The position numbers and the translations under genes are program-made. The notes beneath the pieces were generated by a model. The model saw only the letters and a list, made by a program, of their open reading frames with translations. It was not told the origin of the DNA and made no database searches. From NCBI GenBank assembly GCA_028716845.1, contig JAQUPF010000004.1, positions 128,730 through 192,729 on the forward strand: a DNA stretch of 64,000 bases. The letters run 5' to 3'. Below, piece by piece: positions 8,698 through 20,817 of this stretch; position 1 is the first letter of the stretch, and each line of letters begins with the position of its first letter. The DNA comes from a bacterium (GTDB taxonomy: Bacteria > Auribacterota > Tritonobacteria > UBA1439).

Positions 8698-9333
8698 CTA
8701 CGTGACGATTCCCCTGATCGCGGCAGCGGTCTTCCGGCCAATGGAAGGAATCGTCAGCAGTTCGTTCTCCGAGGCGCGTACGACCTTATCGATACTGCCG
8801 AAGTGATCCAGAAGCGCCAGGGCCTTATGGGGTCCCACCTCGGGAAGTCCCTGCAGGATATAGAGCCGCCTCCTCCGCCCGCTCCGTGGCTTCCTCCCCG
8901 GCCGAAGCCACAGTTCCTGCTCAAAGAGAAGGTCCTGCCTCCCCGCCGTCTCAAGGAATTCCGCCGTCTCCGCCGGGTTGCCCGTGAAGACAACCGGCAT
9001 ATACCAGCAGACCGACACGGACGCCAGCGCTCCCCGCACCGCGCCGGGAGCGATGGAGACCCCGCTCCGGTGGAGGTCTGTCCCCTCGATCAGAAGGAGA
9101 GGCCGCTTTGCCTGGTTCCGCATGCGGGAGACCTGTGAGAAGAGGCGTCCGTCGACGATCGAGAGGCAGAGGTCACGGCATGTCTTCCGTTCCACCGTGA
9201 TGGAATCATTCACGAGATAATCCCCCACGCGCAACGCCCTCTCAACGACGACGATGTCCGGCCTGCGTGCCAGGACCGCGGGCACGCCCGATGATCGCTC
9301 GCGGAAATCGCTCTCTATCCGGATCGCGGGCAT
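8698..9333 (-). CDS. ERCC4 (XPF/Mus81/Hef-type) nuclease domain protein with a C-terminal HhH
   Basis: VGDYLVNDSITVERKTCRDLCLSIVDG matches the GDxn-ERKx3D ERCC4 signature. It is followed by the helix-hairpin-helix LQGLPEVGPHKALALLDHFGSIDKV. The start is trimmed to MPAIRIESDF. Confidence 0.6.
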   Translation of the reverse strand: MPAIRIESDFRERSSGVPAVLARRPDIVVVERALRVGDYLVNDSITVERKTCRDLCLSIVDGRLFSQVSRMRNQAKRPLLLIEGTDLHRSGVSIAPGAVRGALASVSVCWYMPVVFTGNPAETAEFLETAGRQDLLFEQELWLRPGRKPRSGRRRRLYILQGLPEVGPHKALALLDHFGSIDKVVRASENELLTIPSIGRKTAAAIRGIVT

Positions 9334-9623
9334 GATCACCCCCCCTCTATAAGACGATGCGAGCGGCGATTTTATTCCCCGGCTGGCGAAATCGGTCGCC
9401 GGCCGGGAACGGGTCCATCGGGGCACGGGGCGGGTTCGATGCATCGGAGATTTCCGGGGGCACGCCGCCCCGGAGAGTATATAATCCGGGAGTCATAGAG
9501 ACGTGGAAGCTCCAGGCCCGGGCCGACGTTCCATTCGCCAGGGATGCCGTCGCCGAATGCAGGATCAAGCTGTCGCACTGAGTCGCCGGCGGAGGAAATC
9601 GCCGGCGGACGGGGAACCGTGAC

Positions 9624-11582
9624 TTGAACCACACCCATCGGCTCCGGCGCCTCGCCCTCCTCGCCGCGCTGGCCGCCCTGTGCTCCGGCTGCACGACGCT
9701 CGACCTGGTCAGGCCCCCCCCGCGGACCGACCTGTACCCGGCCTCGCCCGCCCCGGACGCCCCGCTCGTCCTCGCCATCCCCGGCCTCCGCGTCCCCGGT
9801 CTCCGCATCACGCAGGAGGAGCACTTCGGCCGCCTCGTCGAACTCCTCGCCGCGGAGGGGATCCCCTGCCGCATCCTCGCCTACGACACCGCCGATGACC
9901 CCGCGGCCCGGCATGCCGCCCTCTACTCGCCCGAGCAGGGCCTCGCCTGGACGCGCGTCGGCCCCGCCATGGCGCGGGAGTTCGAGTCGGAGAACGAGCG
10001 GCGCGCCGCGCGCGGCCACCCGCCTGTGAAGCGGCTGGTGCTCATCGGCTACAGCCAGGGCGGCGTCCTCCTCGCCCAGCTCGCCGGGCGCGTCTTCCAC
10101 ACCTTCAGGAACGAGTACCGGGAGACGGTGGAGGCGTTCGGCGCGGAGTGGGAGGCGCTCCGGAAGGACCCGGAGTTCCTGCTGTTCATCAACGCGCTGG
10201 ACGACTTCATCGTGCTGGAAAATATCCGGACGCAGTTCGAGGAGCTCTTCCGGAAAAGCCCCGCCCTCAGGCGGCTCCACGAGCGCGCCCGGAAGAAGCT
10301 CGCGACGCAGCACGACGAGTTCCTCGGCTACCTGACGGACCCGTCCCTCAAGTACCCGGGCATCCGGCGGTTCGAGCGGATCGGTACCCCCTACTACCCC
10401 AAGCGGTACGACAAGATCAGGGAGTACGCCGCCGCCCGCCACGAGCGCGCCGAGGAGGAGAAGGAGCGGAACCGGCAGTTCTTCATCACCTACGCGCAGT
10501 ACCGGCACCTGCTCGACGCCGAGGCCCGGTTCGTCACCTGCGCCGCGTCCCTGTTCGGCTCGCCGCAGGCGAACGACACCATGAACCTCCTGCGATGGCT
10601 GCCGTTCCTGCGGCGCTTCCTCGGGAGCGAATACTACCAGATCGAGCAGACGGAGCTCGGCACCGCCCAGCACCTGCAGCGAATCGAGGCCCTCGCGGCC
10701 GAGGCGCGCGAGCACCGTTTTCCGCTCAAGCCGGGCGCGGCGCTCTCCATCGTCGGCGCGAACGGCCCGCGTGGCGACGGCCTCGTGGACCAGCCCTCGG
10801 CGCACCTGAGCCTCCACACCTTCGCCGTCTACAGGCCGCGGGACGGGGAGGACGGGGAGCCGGTCCTCGAGCAGGCGGATGCCGTGACCCTGCCGCGGCT
10901 CCCGGTCGCGCCGCTCGCGGTCACGCATTTCCCCGAGAAGCGGCTCCGTGGCCTCGCGGGGACGCGGCACGGCGCCGCGTACATGGTCGGGGACAACCCC
11001 GCCTGGCCCTACATCCTGAACTTCATCAGGGACGACTGGGAGGCCATCCGGCGGGATCTCGCCCGCGACGCGGACCGGTTCCACCAGTTCATGGTCGAGG
11101 TCTCCTTCGAGGGCGGCGGGCTGAGGAACTCGGACCTCCGTTGGGAGGACGCCTCCGGAAACATCGAGGTTCGCGGCAGGTACTTCAACGCCGAGAGCGG
11201 GACCCTCGTCTGGACCGGATTCTTCAAGGAGGAGGGGATCGCCGCGGAACTCCGCGAGAAGGCCCGCCTCCTGAACGTGACCGACATGGTTCCCGGCGTC
11301 CGCGACGTCCTCGGCACGGAGCACGCCGAGCGGCCTCCGCTCCTCGGGAACCTGCGGCGGCGCGCCCGCATTCTGGATCCGCTCCCGCTCATCCCGAAGT
11401 CAGAAGCGCTCCTCGGCTGGACCGGCCTCTTCGAGGAGGAGATGGAAGAGGACGAGGGGCGGGTGCGCTTCACCGTGCGGCTGCCGGGCGGAAAGCGGGC
11501 CCCGATCGAGTGCGCCGTTCACTCCGGCCGCATCACCTTCATCAAGATAGACGTTGTATCCAACAATCACGGCGCCAGATAG
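9624..11582 (+). CDS. Lipoprotein, alpha/beta-hydrolase (lipase/esterase-like)
   Basis: A TTG start is followed by a signal peptide with lipobox LAALCSGC. The nucleophile elbow is GYSQGG (GxSxG). The last 11 codons and the stop lie inside palindromic element copy A. Confidence 0.6.
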   Translation: MNHTHRLRRLALLAALAALCSGCTTLDLVRPPPRTDLYPASPAPDAPLVLAIPGLRVPGLRITQEEHFGRLVELLAAEGIPCRILAYDTADDPAARHAALYSPEQGLAWTRVGPAMAREFESENERRAARGHPPVKRLVLIGYSQGGVLLAQLAGRVFHTFRNEYRETVEAFGAEWEALRKDPEFLLFINALDDFIVLENIRTQFEELFRKSPALRRLHERARKKLATQHDEFLGYLTDPSLKYPGIRRFERIGTPYYPKRYDKIREYAAARHERAEEEKERNRQFFITYAQYRHLLDAEARFVTCAASLFGSPQANDTMNLLRWLPFLRRFLGSEYYQIEQTELGTAQHLQRIEALAAEAREHRFPLKPGAALSIVGANGPRGDGLVDQPSAHLSLHTFAVYRPRDGEDGEPVLEQADAVTLPRLPVAPLAVTHFPEKRLRGLAGTRHGAAYMVGDNPAWPYILNFIRDDWEAIRRDLARDADRFHQFMVEVSFEGGGLRNSDLRWEDASGNIEVRGRYFNAESGTLVWTGFFKEEGIAAELREKARLLNVTDMVPGVRDVLGTEHAERPPLLGNLRRRARILDPLPLIPKSEALLGWTGLFEEEMEEDEGRVRFTVRLPGGKRAPIECAVHSGRITFIKIDVVSNNHGAR

Positions 11583-11600
11583 ATACGCGCTTATTCGACC
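11548..11600. repeat. Palindromic repeat element (PRE) copy A, left-arm half copy
   Basis: TAGACGTTGTATCCAAC...CAGATAGATACGCGCTTATTCG. It overlaps the 3' end of the lipoprotein gene. Confidence 0.7.
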
Positions 11601-11729
11601 TCACGCCTGCGCGGGCTTCACGGCTCCGTGCCGCCCCGCCTCGCGATCGGTTGCATGATCCGTTTATTTATACATCATTCTTATATAATTACGTTGCATT
11701 TATACAGTAGCAACGATAAGGTGTTGGGC

Positions 11730-12911
11730 ATGAAAGGAACGTACATCCCCCGGCTGCTCTCCTGTCCGGAGAGGTCCTTCTTCCTCTTCGGGCCGCGGGG
11801 AACAGGCAAGAGCACCTGGCTCAAGCATGTTCTCCCTGAGGCGCTCCGCTTCGATCTGCTCGACGCCGCCATGTACCTGGAGCTTTCCCGCGATTCCCAT
11901 CGCCTTGAAGCCATGGCAGGCGATCGCCCCGAGCATTCCTGGATCATACTGGACGAGATTCAAAAGGTGCCCGGGCTGCTGGATGAAGTCCACAGATTGA
12001 TGGAGGATCGTCACTGGCGGTTCGCGCTCTGCGGCTCCTCCGCCAGAAAATTGCGGCGCGGCGGGGCGAACCTCCTCGCGGGGCGGGCCATCACGCTGAA
12101 TATGGAGGGCTTTTCCTCTGCCGAGCTCCGATCTTCATTCCATCTCCCACAAGCGATCGAGTGGGGTCTTCTGCCGTTTGTATGCCAGGACCCGTCTCAT
12201 TCCGCGGACATACTTGCGGCGTATTTCAATACCTATCTCAAGGAGGAAATTCGGGCGGAAGGCCTGGTGCGCAATGTGCCTCCGTTCGTTCGGTTTCTCG
12301 CCATCGCCGGACAATTCAACGGGCAGGCGGTGAACGGTCATAATATCGCCCGTGAGGCGGCGGTCGCCCGCGCGACCGTTGATACCTACTTTGCCATTCT
12401 TTCCGACACGCTGCTGGGCCATTTCCTGCCCGCCTGGCGCCCAGGCCTCAAGGTTCGCGAATCCGCGCACCCGAAATTCTATTGGTTCGATCCTGGCGTT
12501 GCCCGCGCTGCAGCCGGAATGCTGCGGGACCCGCTGGATCGCCTCTGGCAAGGCACTGCGCTCGAGACCCTGTTGTTCCACGAACTGCGGGTGTATAACG
12601 AGGCCAGCCGGAAGTGCCGCCCCATCTCCTATTATCGCACGGCGGCGGGCGTGGAAATCGATTTCATCGTCGACGTTGCGAGGCGACGGACCCCTTCTCC
12701 TCCCCATGTCGTGGCCATCGAGGTCAAACGCGCGGAGAGATGGGATCGCGCCTGGGAGAAACCACTGCGCAACCTCGCCGCTCTGGCGGGGATAACCGTG
12801 GAACGGATGATAGGCGTGTATTGCGGCAACCGCAGATATAAGTTCGATCAGGTCGATGTCATGCCGACGGCGGATTTCTTCGAGTCGCTGCATCGGGGGG
12901 AGATATTCTGA
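11730..12911 (+). CDS. AAA+ ATPase, DUF4143/COG1373 family
   Basis: Walker A is GPRGTGKST and Walker B is WIILDEIQ. The conserved C-terminal DUF4143-like region follows. It has an AT-rich upstream region and is flanked by PRE half-copies A and B in the same orientation. Confidence 0.75.
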   Translation: MKGTYIPRLLSCPERSFFLFGPRGTGKSTWLKHVLPEALRFDLLDAAMYLELSRDSHRLEAMAGDRPEHSWIILDEIQKVPGLLDEVHRLMEDRHWRFALCGSSARKLRRGGANLLAGRAITLNMEGFSSAELRSSFHLPQAIEWGLLPFVCQDPSHSADILAAYFNTYLKEEIRAEGLVRNVPPFVRFLAIAGQFNGQAVNGHNIAREAAVARATVDTYFAILSDTLLGHFLPAWRPGLKVRESAHPKFYWFDPGVARAAAGMLRDPLDRLWQGTALETLLFHELRVYNEASRKCRPISYYRTAAGVEIDFIVDVARRRTPSPPHVVAIEVKRAERWDRAWEKPLRNLAALAGITVERMIGVYCGNRRYKFDQVDVMPTADFFESLHRGEIF

Positions 12912-12990
12912 GATGCGGATGTTGCATCCAACCCACACGGCGCCAGATAGATACGCGCATATTCGCCCCGCGACGACCCGGGGTGAATCA
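12912..12990. repeat. PRE copy B (left arm plus central hairpin)
   Basis: GATGTTGCATCCAAC...CAGATAGATACGCGCATATTCGCCCCGCG...CGGGGTGAAT starts 1 nt after the ATPase stop. Confidence 0.7.
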
Positions 12991-13055
12991 ACCTCGGTCG
13001 AGCTGCGGCATGGCGGGATGCATACCGGGTCTTCGCGCAGAGGGGGAAGATAAAG

Positions 13056-15190
<2,135 letters not shown>

Positions 15191-15194
<4 letters not shown>

Positions 15195-17029
15195 CGGGGA
15201 TCGGCGCGACCCACGGCGGCGGCTCCTGCGCCTTCAGGGTCTGGGCCCCCCGGAGACGCGCGGTGGAGGTGCGCCTTCTCCACCCGATCGACCGCACGGT
15301 CCCGATGGCGCGGGACGAGTTCGGCTACTGGACGGCGGGGATCGAGGGCACCGGTCACGGCGCGCTGTACATGTACCGGCTCGACGGAGAGCTGGAACGG
15401 CCCGATCCGGCCTCGCACTGCCAGCCCCGCGGGGTGCACGGGCCGTCGATGGTCGTGGACCACGCGCGGTTCGCCTGGGACGACGGCGGCGCGCGCCGCC
15501 GGGCGCTCGACGAGTACATCATCTATGAACTGCACGTGGGGACCTTCACGGCCGGGGGCACGTTCGCGTCCGCCGCCGAGCGGATCCCGGCGCTCGTCGA
15601 ACTGGGCGTCACCGCGGTGGAGATCATGCCGGTCGCCCAGTTTCCGGGAGAGCGCAACTGGGGCTACGACGGCGTCTACCCGTTCGCGGTGCAGCACTCG
15701 TACGGCGGCGTCGACGGCCTGAAGTCGTTCGTGAACGAATGTCACCGCGGCGGCCTCGCGGTCATTCTCGACGTGGTGTACAACCACCTGGGGCCCGAGG
15801 GGAGCTACCTCAGGGATTTCGGCCCCTACTTCACCGACCGGTACCAAACGCCGTGGGGCGACAGCCTCAACTTCGACGGCCCCGACAGCGACGGCGTCTG
15901 CGACTACTTCATCGCCAACGCGTGCCACTGGCTGCGGGCGTTCCACATCGACGCCCTCCGGCTGGACGCCGTCCACGCCATCCGCGACATGGGGGCGCGG
16001 CCGTTCCTCCAGCGCCTGTCGGCGGCGGTCGAGCGGGAGTTCGGCGCGGAGGGCGGGCCCAGGTACCTCATCGCCGAGAGCGACCTGAACGACGCGCGCG
16101 TGATCCGGGAGCGGGCGATCGGCGGCCTGGGCATCCACGCCCAATGGAGCGACGATTTCCATCACGCGCTCCACGCGCTCCTCACCGGCGAGCGGCGGGG
16201 CTACTACGCCGATTTCGGCGACATCGGGCACGTGGAACGCGCGCTCCGCGGCGCCTTCTGCTACAGCGGCGGGTATTCACGGGTACGCAGGCGCAGCCAC
16301 GGGAACGACGCCTCCGGCTTCCCCACCGGCAGGTTCGTCGTCTGCTCGCAGAACCACGACCAGGTCGGCAACCGCATGCTCGGCGAGCGGCTGATCCGCC
16401 TGGCCGGCCCCGCGCGCGCCCGGCTCGCCGCCGCGGCGGTCCTCCTCTCGCCGTACATCCCCCTCCTCTTCATGGGCGAGGAGCACGGCGAGGAGAACCC
16501 GTTCCTCTACTTCGTCGATCATGCCGACGAGTCGCTGAAGCAGTCGGTGCGACGGGGGCGCAGGGAGGAGTTCGCCGGGTTCCACGGGGAGGGCGCCCCC
16601 CCCGATCCGCTTGATCCGCTGACGTTCGAGCGCTCGAGGCCCGACTGGGGCAAGCGGTCCGTGGAGCCGGGCGCGGCGATGCTGCGGTTCTACCGGGAAC
16701 TGATCGGGGTGCGGACCGGCTGCCCCGCCGTCGGGCCCCGCGACCGCGGGCGGCTCGCGATCCGGCGGCACCCCGGCACACGGTGCATTTCGATCCGCTA
16801 CGCGCACGAGGCGCAGCCGGCCCTGTGCCTCTTCAATTTCGGCGACGCCCCCGCCGGGATCGAATGGGAGGAGCCCGGGCGCTGGGACAAACGCCTCGAT
16901 TCGAGCGCCCACGCGCCGGCGGACGGTTCGGCCCCCCTGCCCACCCCCATCCGATCCGCCGGGACGATCCTGCGGCTGCCGCCGCACGGGTTCGCCGTGT
17001 ACGAGGCGCGCGTCGATCGCAGCCGATGA
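15191..17029 (+). CDS. treZ: Malto-oligosyltrehalose trehalohydrolase
   Basis: The GH13 TreZ features FRVWAP, YELHVGTFT, LRLDAVHAI and SQNHDQVGNR are present. The ATG overlaps the glgX TGA (ATGA). Confidence 0.85.
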
Positions 17030-17047
17030 ACTGAGACCGAGACCGCC

Positions 17048-19795
17048 ATGACCGATATCCGGATACCGGGAGCGACCTACCGCCTCCAGTTCACGCCGCG
17101 GTTCCGCTTCCATGACGCCCTCGAGATCCTCCCCTACCTGGCGGAGCTCGGCATCAGCCACATCTACGCCTCGCCGGTGACCCGCGCGCGCAGGGGCAGC
17201 CTGCACGGGTACGACGTCTGCGACCCGCGGGCGGTCAATCCCGAACTGGGGGGCCCCGGGGAGTTCGAGGCGCTCCTCGAGGCGGTCGCGCACAAGGGGA
17301 TGGGGTGGCTCCAGGACATCGTTCCGAACCACATGGCGTACTCGCACGAGAACCCGTTCCTCGTCGACGTCCTCGAGAACGGGCCCGCCTCCCGGTACGG
17401 CGGGTTCTTCGACATCACCTGGGACCACCAGTACGAACATCTCCGCGGCCGCGTCCTCGCGCCGTTCCTCGGCAAGCCGTACGGGCAGTGCGTCGTCGAC
17501 GGCGACCTGCGGCTCGTCTACGAGAACGGCGGCCTGTGGGCGGCCTACCACGACCAGCGCTACCCCCTCTCGCCGGAGTCGTACTGGACGGTCCTCGGGG
17601 TGGAGGCGGAAGACCTCCCGCCGCCCCCAGGCCCCGGGGGCGGCGCGCTCCTCGAGTCGCTCCGTCTCCTGCGGGGCCCGCACGGGGAGGACCGCCCCGA
17701 GCGATGGGGCCGCGCGAAGGAGGCGGTGTGGGAGCTCCATGAGACCGACGGCGCGATACGCGGGCACGTGGAGGATCGCCTGCGGCGGTTCTCCACCGGC
17801 GCCGCACCGGGGAACGCCCGCTTCGACGATCTGATGCGGCAGCAGCATTTCCGGCTCGCCTTCTGGAAGGTCGCGGCGGAGGAGCTGAACTACCGTCGCT
17901 TCTTCACGATCAGCGACCTCATCTGCGTCCGCGTCGAGGACGAGCCTTTCTTCGACGAGACGCATTCGCTCGTCCTCGGCCTCGTCGAGCGGGGGCTCAT
18001 CGGCGGGCTCCGCGTCGACCATATCGACGGCCTCTTCGATCCGGCCGCCTATTTGCGGCGGCTCCGCGCGCGCGCCCCCGGGGCCTACATCGTCGTCGAG
18101 AAGATCCTCGACAGGGACGAGCGGCTCCCCGCCGACTGGCCCGTGCAGGGGACGACCGGCTACGACTTCCTCAACCACCTCAACTACGTCTTCTGCGACA
18201 CGGCGGCGGAGCGCCGATTCACCGCGCTGTACGAGCGGACAATCGGGAGGCGCGTGGACCCCGTGGAGCTCCGGCTGGAGAAGAAGCGCCTCATCATCGG
18301 CCGGCACATGGCGGGCGACATCGACAATCTCGCCCACCTGATCATCAGGATCGCCGGCATCGACCTGATGGGGAGGGACATCACGCTCTACGGCCTCCGC
18401 CGGGCCCTCGTCGAGGTGCTCGCCCACTTCCCGGTCTACCGCACCTACGTCACCCCCGATTCCTTCTCTGCCGACGACGCCCGGCACGCGGCGCGGGCGC
18501 TCGCGCTGTCGCGCCGGACCATGCCCGGCCTCGCCGTGGAGTTCTCCTTCATCGAGCGGTTCCTCATGCTGCGGGGCGACACGGTCCTGCGGGACGGCTT
18601 CGACGAAACGTGGGCCGCCGCCGTGATGCGCTTCCAGCAGTTCACCGGCCCGCTGATGGCGAAGGGATTCGAGGACACCTTCTTCTACGTCTACAACCGC
18701 CACGCGGTCCTCAACGAGGTCGGGGGCTGGCCGACGCACTTCGGCATACCGGAGGGCGTCTTCCACGCCTATATCGGGGGGCGCCGCGCATCCCATCCCC
18801 ACGGCATGAACGCGACCGCGACGCACGACACGAAGCGGGGCGAGGACGCGCGCATGCGCCTGCAGGTCCTTTCGGAAATGCCCCTCGAATGGGCGAGGCA
18901 GGTCTCCTCCTGGCAGCGGATGAACGCCTGCCACGCGGCGAAAGGCGAGGGGCGGACGTCGCCCGACCGGAACGACGAGTACCTCCTCTACCAGACGCTC
19001 GTCGGCACCTTCCCGCCCGACGGCGCGATCGACGGCGCCTGGGTCGGCCGCATCAGGGAGTACATGATCAAGGCGATCCGCGAGGCCAAGGTCCATACGG
19101 CATGGATACGGCCCGACGAGGAATACGAGGGGGCGGTCTCCGCCTTCGTGGAGGCCTGTCTCGACCCCTCGAGGAGCCGCGCCTTCACGGACGCCCTGCG
19201 CGGCTTCGCGGAGCGGATCGCATGGTTCGGCATGCTCAACTCCCTCTCCCAGACCGCGCTGAAGCTCACGCTGCCCGGCGTGCCGGACTTCTACCAGGGT
19301 ACGGAACTGTGGGATTTCAGCCTGGTGGATCCGGACAATCGGAGACCGGTGGATTATGCCGCGCGCGCCCGCGCCCTCTCGGAATCGGCGGAGAGGCCGG
19401 GGATGCCGCCGATCGCGCCCGACGGCCTCGTCAAGCAGATGCTCATCCGGAAATGCCTGGCGGCCCGCCGGCGGCACGAGCGGCTGTTCCGGGAGGGGAG
19501 CTACGCCTCGCTGAAGGCGAGGGGCGTCCACCGCCACCGCCTGCTCGCCTTCACGCGACAGTTCGAGGGCGCCTCGCTGCTCGTGGTCGTCCCCCGCTTC
19601 CCATCCCGTCTGGGAAAGGCGAACGAGCTCCCGACGGGCGGGGCGGTGTGGCGGGATACCCGCCTGTTGCTTCCCCGCTCGATGGCGGGCGCCCCGATGC
19701 GCAACATCTGCACGGACGAAACGGTGGAATGCGGGGAGGAGACGCCGGTCGGAGACATCCTGGCGACATTCCCCGTCGCCGTCTGTCTGGCGTAG
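17048..19795 (+). CDS. treY: Malto-oligosyltrehalose synthase
   Basis: The TreY N-terminus is ATYRLQFTPRFRFHDALEILPYLAELGISHIYASP. It also contains IVPNHMA and LRVDHIDGL. Confidence 0.85.
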   Translation: MTDIRIPGATYRLQFTPRFRFHDALEILPYLAELGISHIYASPVTRARRGSLHGYDVCDPRAVNPELGGPGEFEALLEAVAHKGMGWLQDIVPNHMAYSHENPFLVDVLENGPASRYGGFFDITWDHQYEHLRGRVLAPFLGKPYGQCVVDGDLRLVYENGGLWAAYHDQRYPLSPESYWTVLGVEAEDLPPPPGPGGGALLESLRLLRGPHGEDRPERWGRAKEAVWELHETDGAIRGHVEDRLRRFSTGAAPGNARFDDLMRQQHFRLAFWKVAAEELNYRRFFTISDLICVRVEDEPFFDETHSLVLGLVERGLIGGLRVDHIDGLFDPAAYLRRLRARAPGAYIVVEKILDRDERLPADWPVQGTTGYDFLNHLNYVFCDTAAERRFTALYERTIGRRVDPVELRLEKKRLIIGRHMAGDIDNLAHLIIRIAGIDLMGRDITLYGLRRALVEVLAHFPVYRTYVTPDSFSADDARHAARALALSRRTMPGLAVEFSFIERFLMLRGDTVLRDGFDETWAAAVMRFQQFTGPLMAKGFEDTFFYVYNRHAVLNEVGGWPTHFGIPEGVFHAYIGGRRASHPHGMNATATHDTKRGEDARMRLQVLSEMPLEWARQVSSWQRMNACHAAKGEGRTSPDRNDEYLLYQTLVGTFPPDGAIDGAWVGRIREYMIKAIREAKVHTAWIRPDEEYEGAVSAFVEACLDPSRSRAFTDALRGFAERIAWFGMLNSLSQTALKLTLPGVPDFYQGTELWDFSLVDPDNRRPVDYAARARALSESAERPGMPPIAPDGLVKQMLIRKCLAARRRHERLFREGSYASLKARGVHRHRLLAFTRQFEGASLLVVVPRFPSRLGKANELPTGGAVWRDTRLLLPRSMAGAPMRNICTDETVECGEETPVGDILATFPVAVCLA

Positions 19796-20083
19796 ATGGT
19801 GTGCGCATCCCGTTGCGCGGTGGATGGTTGCCATGAGAATACGCCTCCACCTGGAACCGAGCGGCCGCACGCCGGCGGGCAACGCCGACTGGGTCCGGCG
19901 GGCAGCGGACGCGGCGGCCCGCGCCGGCCGCGCACGCGCCACGCCGGAGGACGTGCGGCGGTGGCTCGAGCTGGAGGCGCCGTGAGCCGCCGCTATCGTT
20001 TCCCCCGGGGCCGGGATTCCGCCGGCGGGATCCGCGCGGGGACCGCCCCCCCCCATCCGCAATCGGGAGGCGTCGTTTGCCGT

Positions 20084-20659
20084 ATGAAGAGACTCACGAA
20101 GGAGGAAATCGCGCAGCGCCCCATGCGGGGCTACGAGGGGCCCGTGCACGTCATCAGCTCCGGTGACGGGCTCGCCGAGGCCGTCGCGCGCCTGCGGGAA
20201 GAGGCCATCCTCGGTTTCGACACGGAGACGCGGCCCGCCTACAAGAAAGGCGAGAGCTACCCCCCGGCCCTCCTGCAGCTCGCGGGCGAGCGCGCGGTGT
20301 ACGTGTTCCAGCTCACGCACCTGCGTCTGCCCGGACCGGTCCGCGGCATCCTCGCCGCCCCTGACATCGTCAAGGCGGGGGTTGCGCTCGAATACGACCT
20401 CAGGGAGCTCCGGAAGATCGCGCCCTTCGAGCCGGCGGGCTTCGTGGAGCTCGGCGATCTCGCGAGGCGCGCCGGCCTGAACAACCACGGCCTGCGGGGC
20501 CTCGCGGCCGCGGTCCTGGGGTTCAGGATATCGAAGAGCTCCCGGCATTCGAACTGGGCGAGCGGCACGCTGACGCCGGCGCAGATACGGTATGCCGCCA
20601 CCGACGCCTGGGTCGGACGCGAGCTGTACAGGAAGCTCCGGCAGATGCCGAGTCGCTGA
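20084..20659 (+). CDS. 3'-5' exonuclease domain protein (DEDDy, RNase D/WRN-exo-like)
   Basis: ILGFDTETRP is the Exo I DxE. YAATDAW is the Exo III YxxxD. The start is trimmed to MKRLTKEE; the upstream 96 codons are very GC-rich and look like non-coding read-through. Confidence 0.7.
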   Translation: MKRLTKEEIAQRPMRGYEGPVHVISSGDGLAEAVARLREEAILGFDTETRPAYKKGESYPPALLQLAGERAVYVFQLTHLRLPGPVRGILAAPDIVKAGVALEYDLRELRKIAPFEPAGFVELGDLARRAGLNNHGLRGLAAAVLGFRISKSSRHSNWASGTLTPAQIRYAATDAWVGRELYRKLRQMPSR

Positions 20660-20817
20660 CGACGGCCCCGGCCGGCGTCGGACAACATCCGGCCGCAGAT
20701 TGCCGCAGATCCGATACGGTTCCTGCCGCGGGTTGACGCGGATCTTCGAAGATGCCTGAGGGGGTGTTCGGGGGCAACCCTTTCATATTCCCTCTTCAGG
20801 GCTCTCCCCCCGGCCGC

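Noticed and set aside
9523-9575. A possible degenerate PRE copy (CATTCGCCagggatgccgtcGCCGAATGCAGGATCAAG) upstream of the lipoprotein gene.
   Set aside because: Only the central hairpin-like inverted repeat is recognisable. Arm similarity is weak. It is kept as a mention inside the main finding but not called as a feature.
19796-20083. A 96-codon upstream extension of the 3'-5' exonuclease gene.
   Set aside because: It is extremely GC/Arg/Gly-rich with no similarity. A GGGAGG box precedes the MKRLTKEE start.
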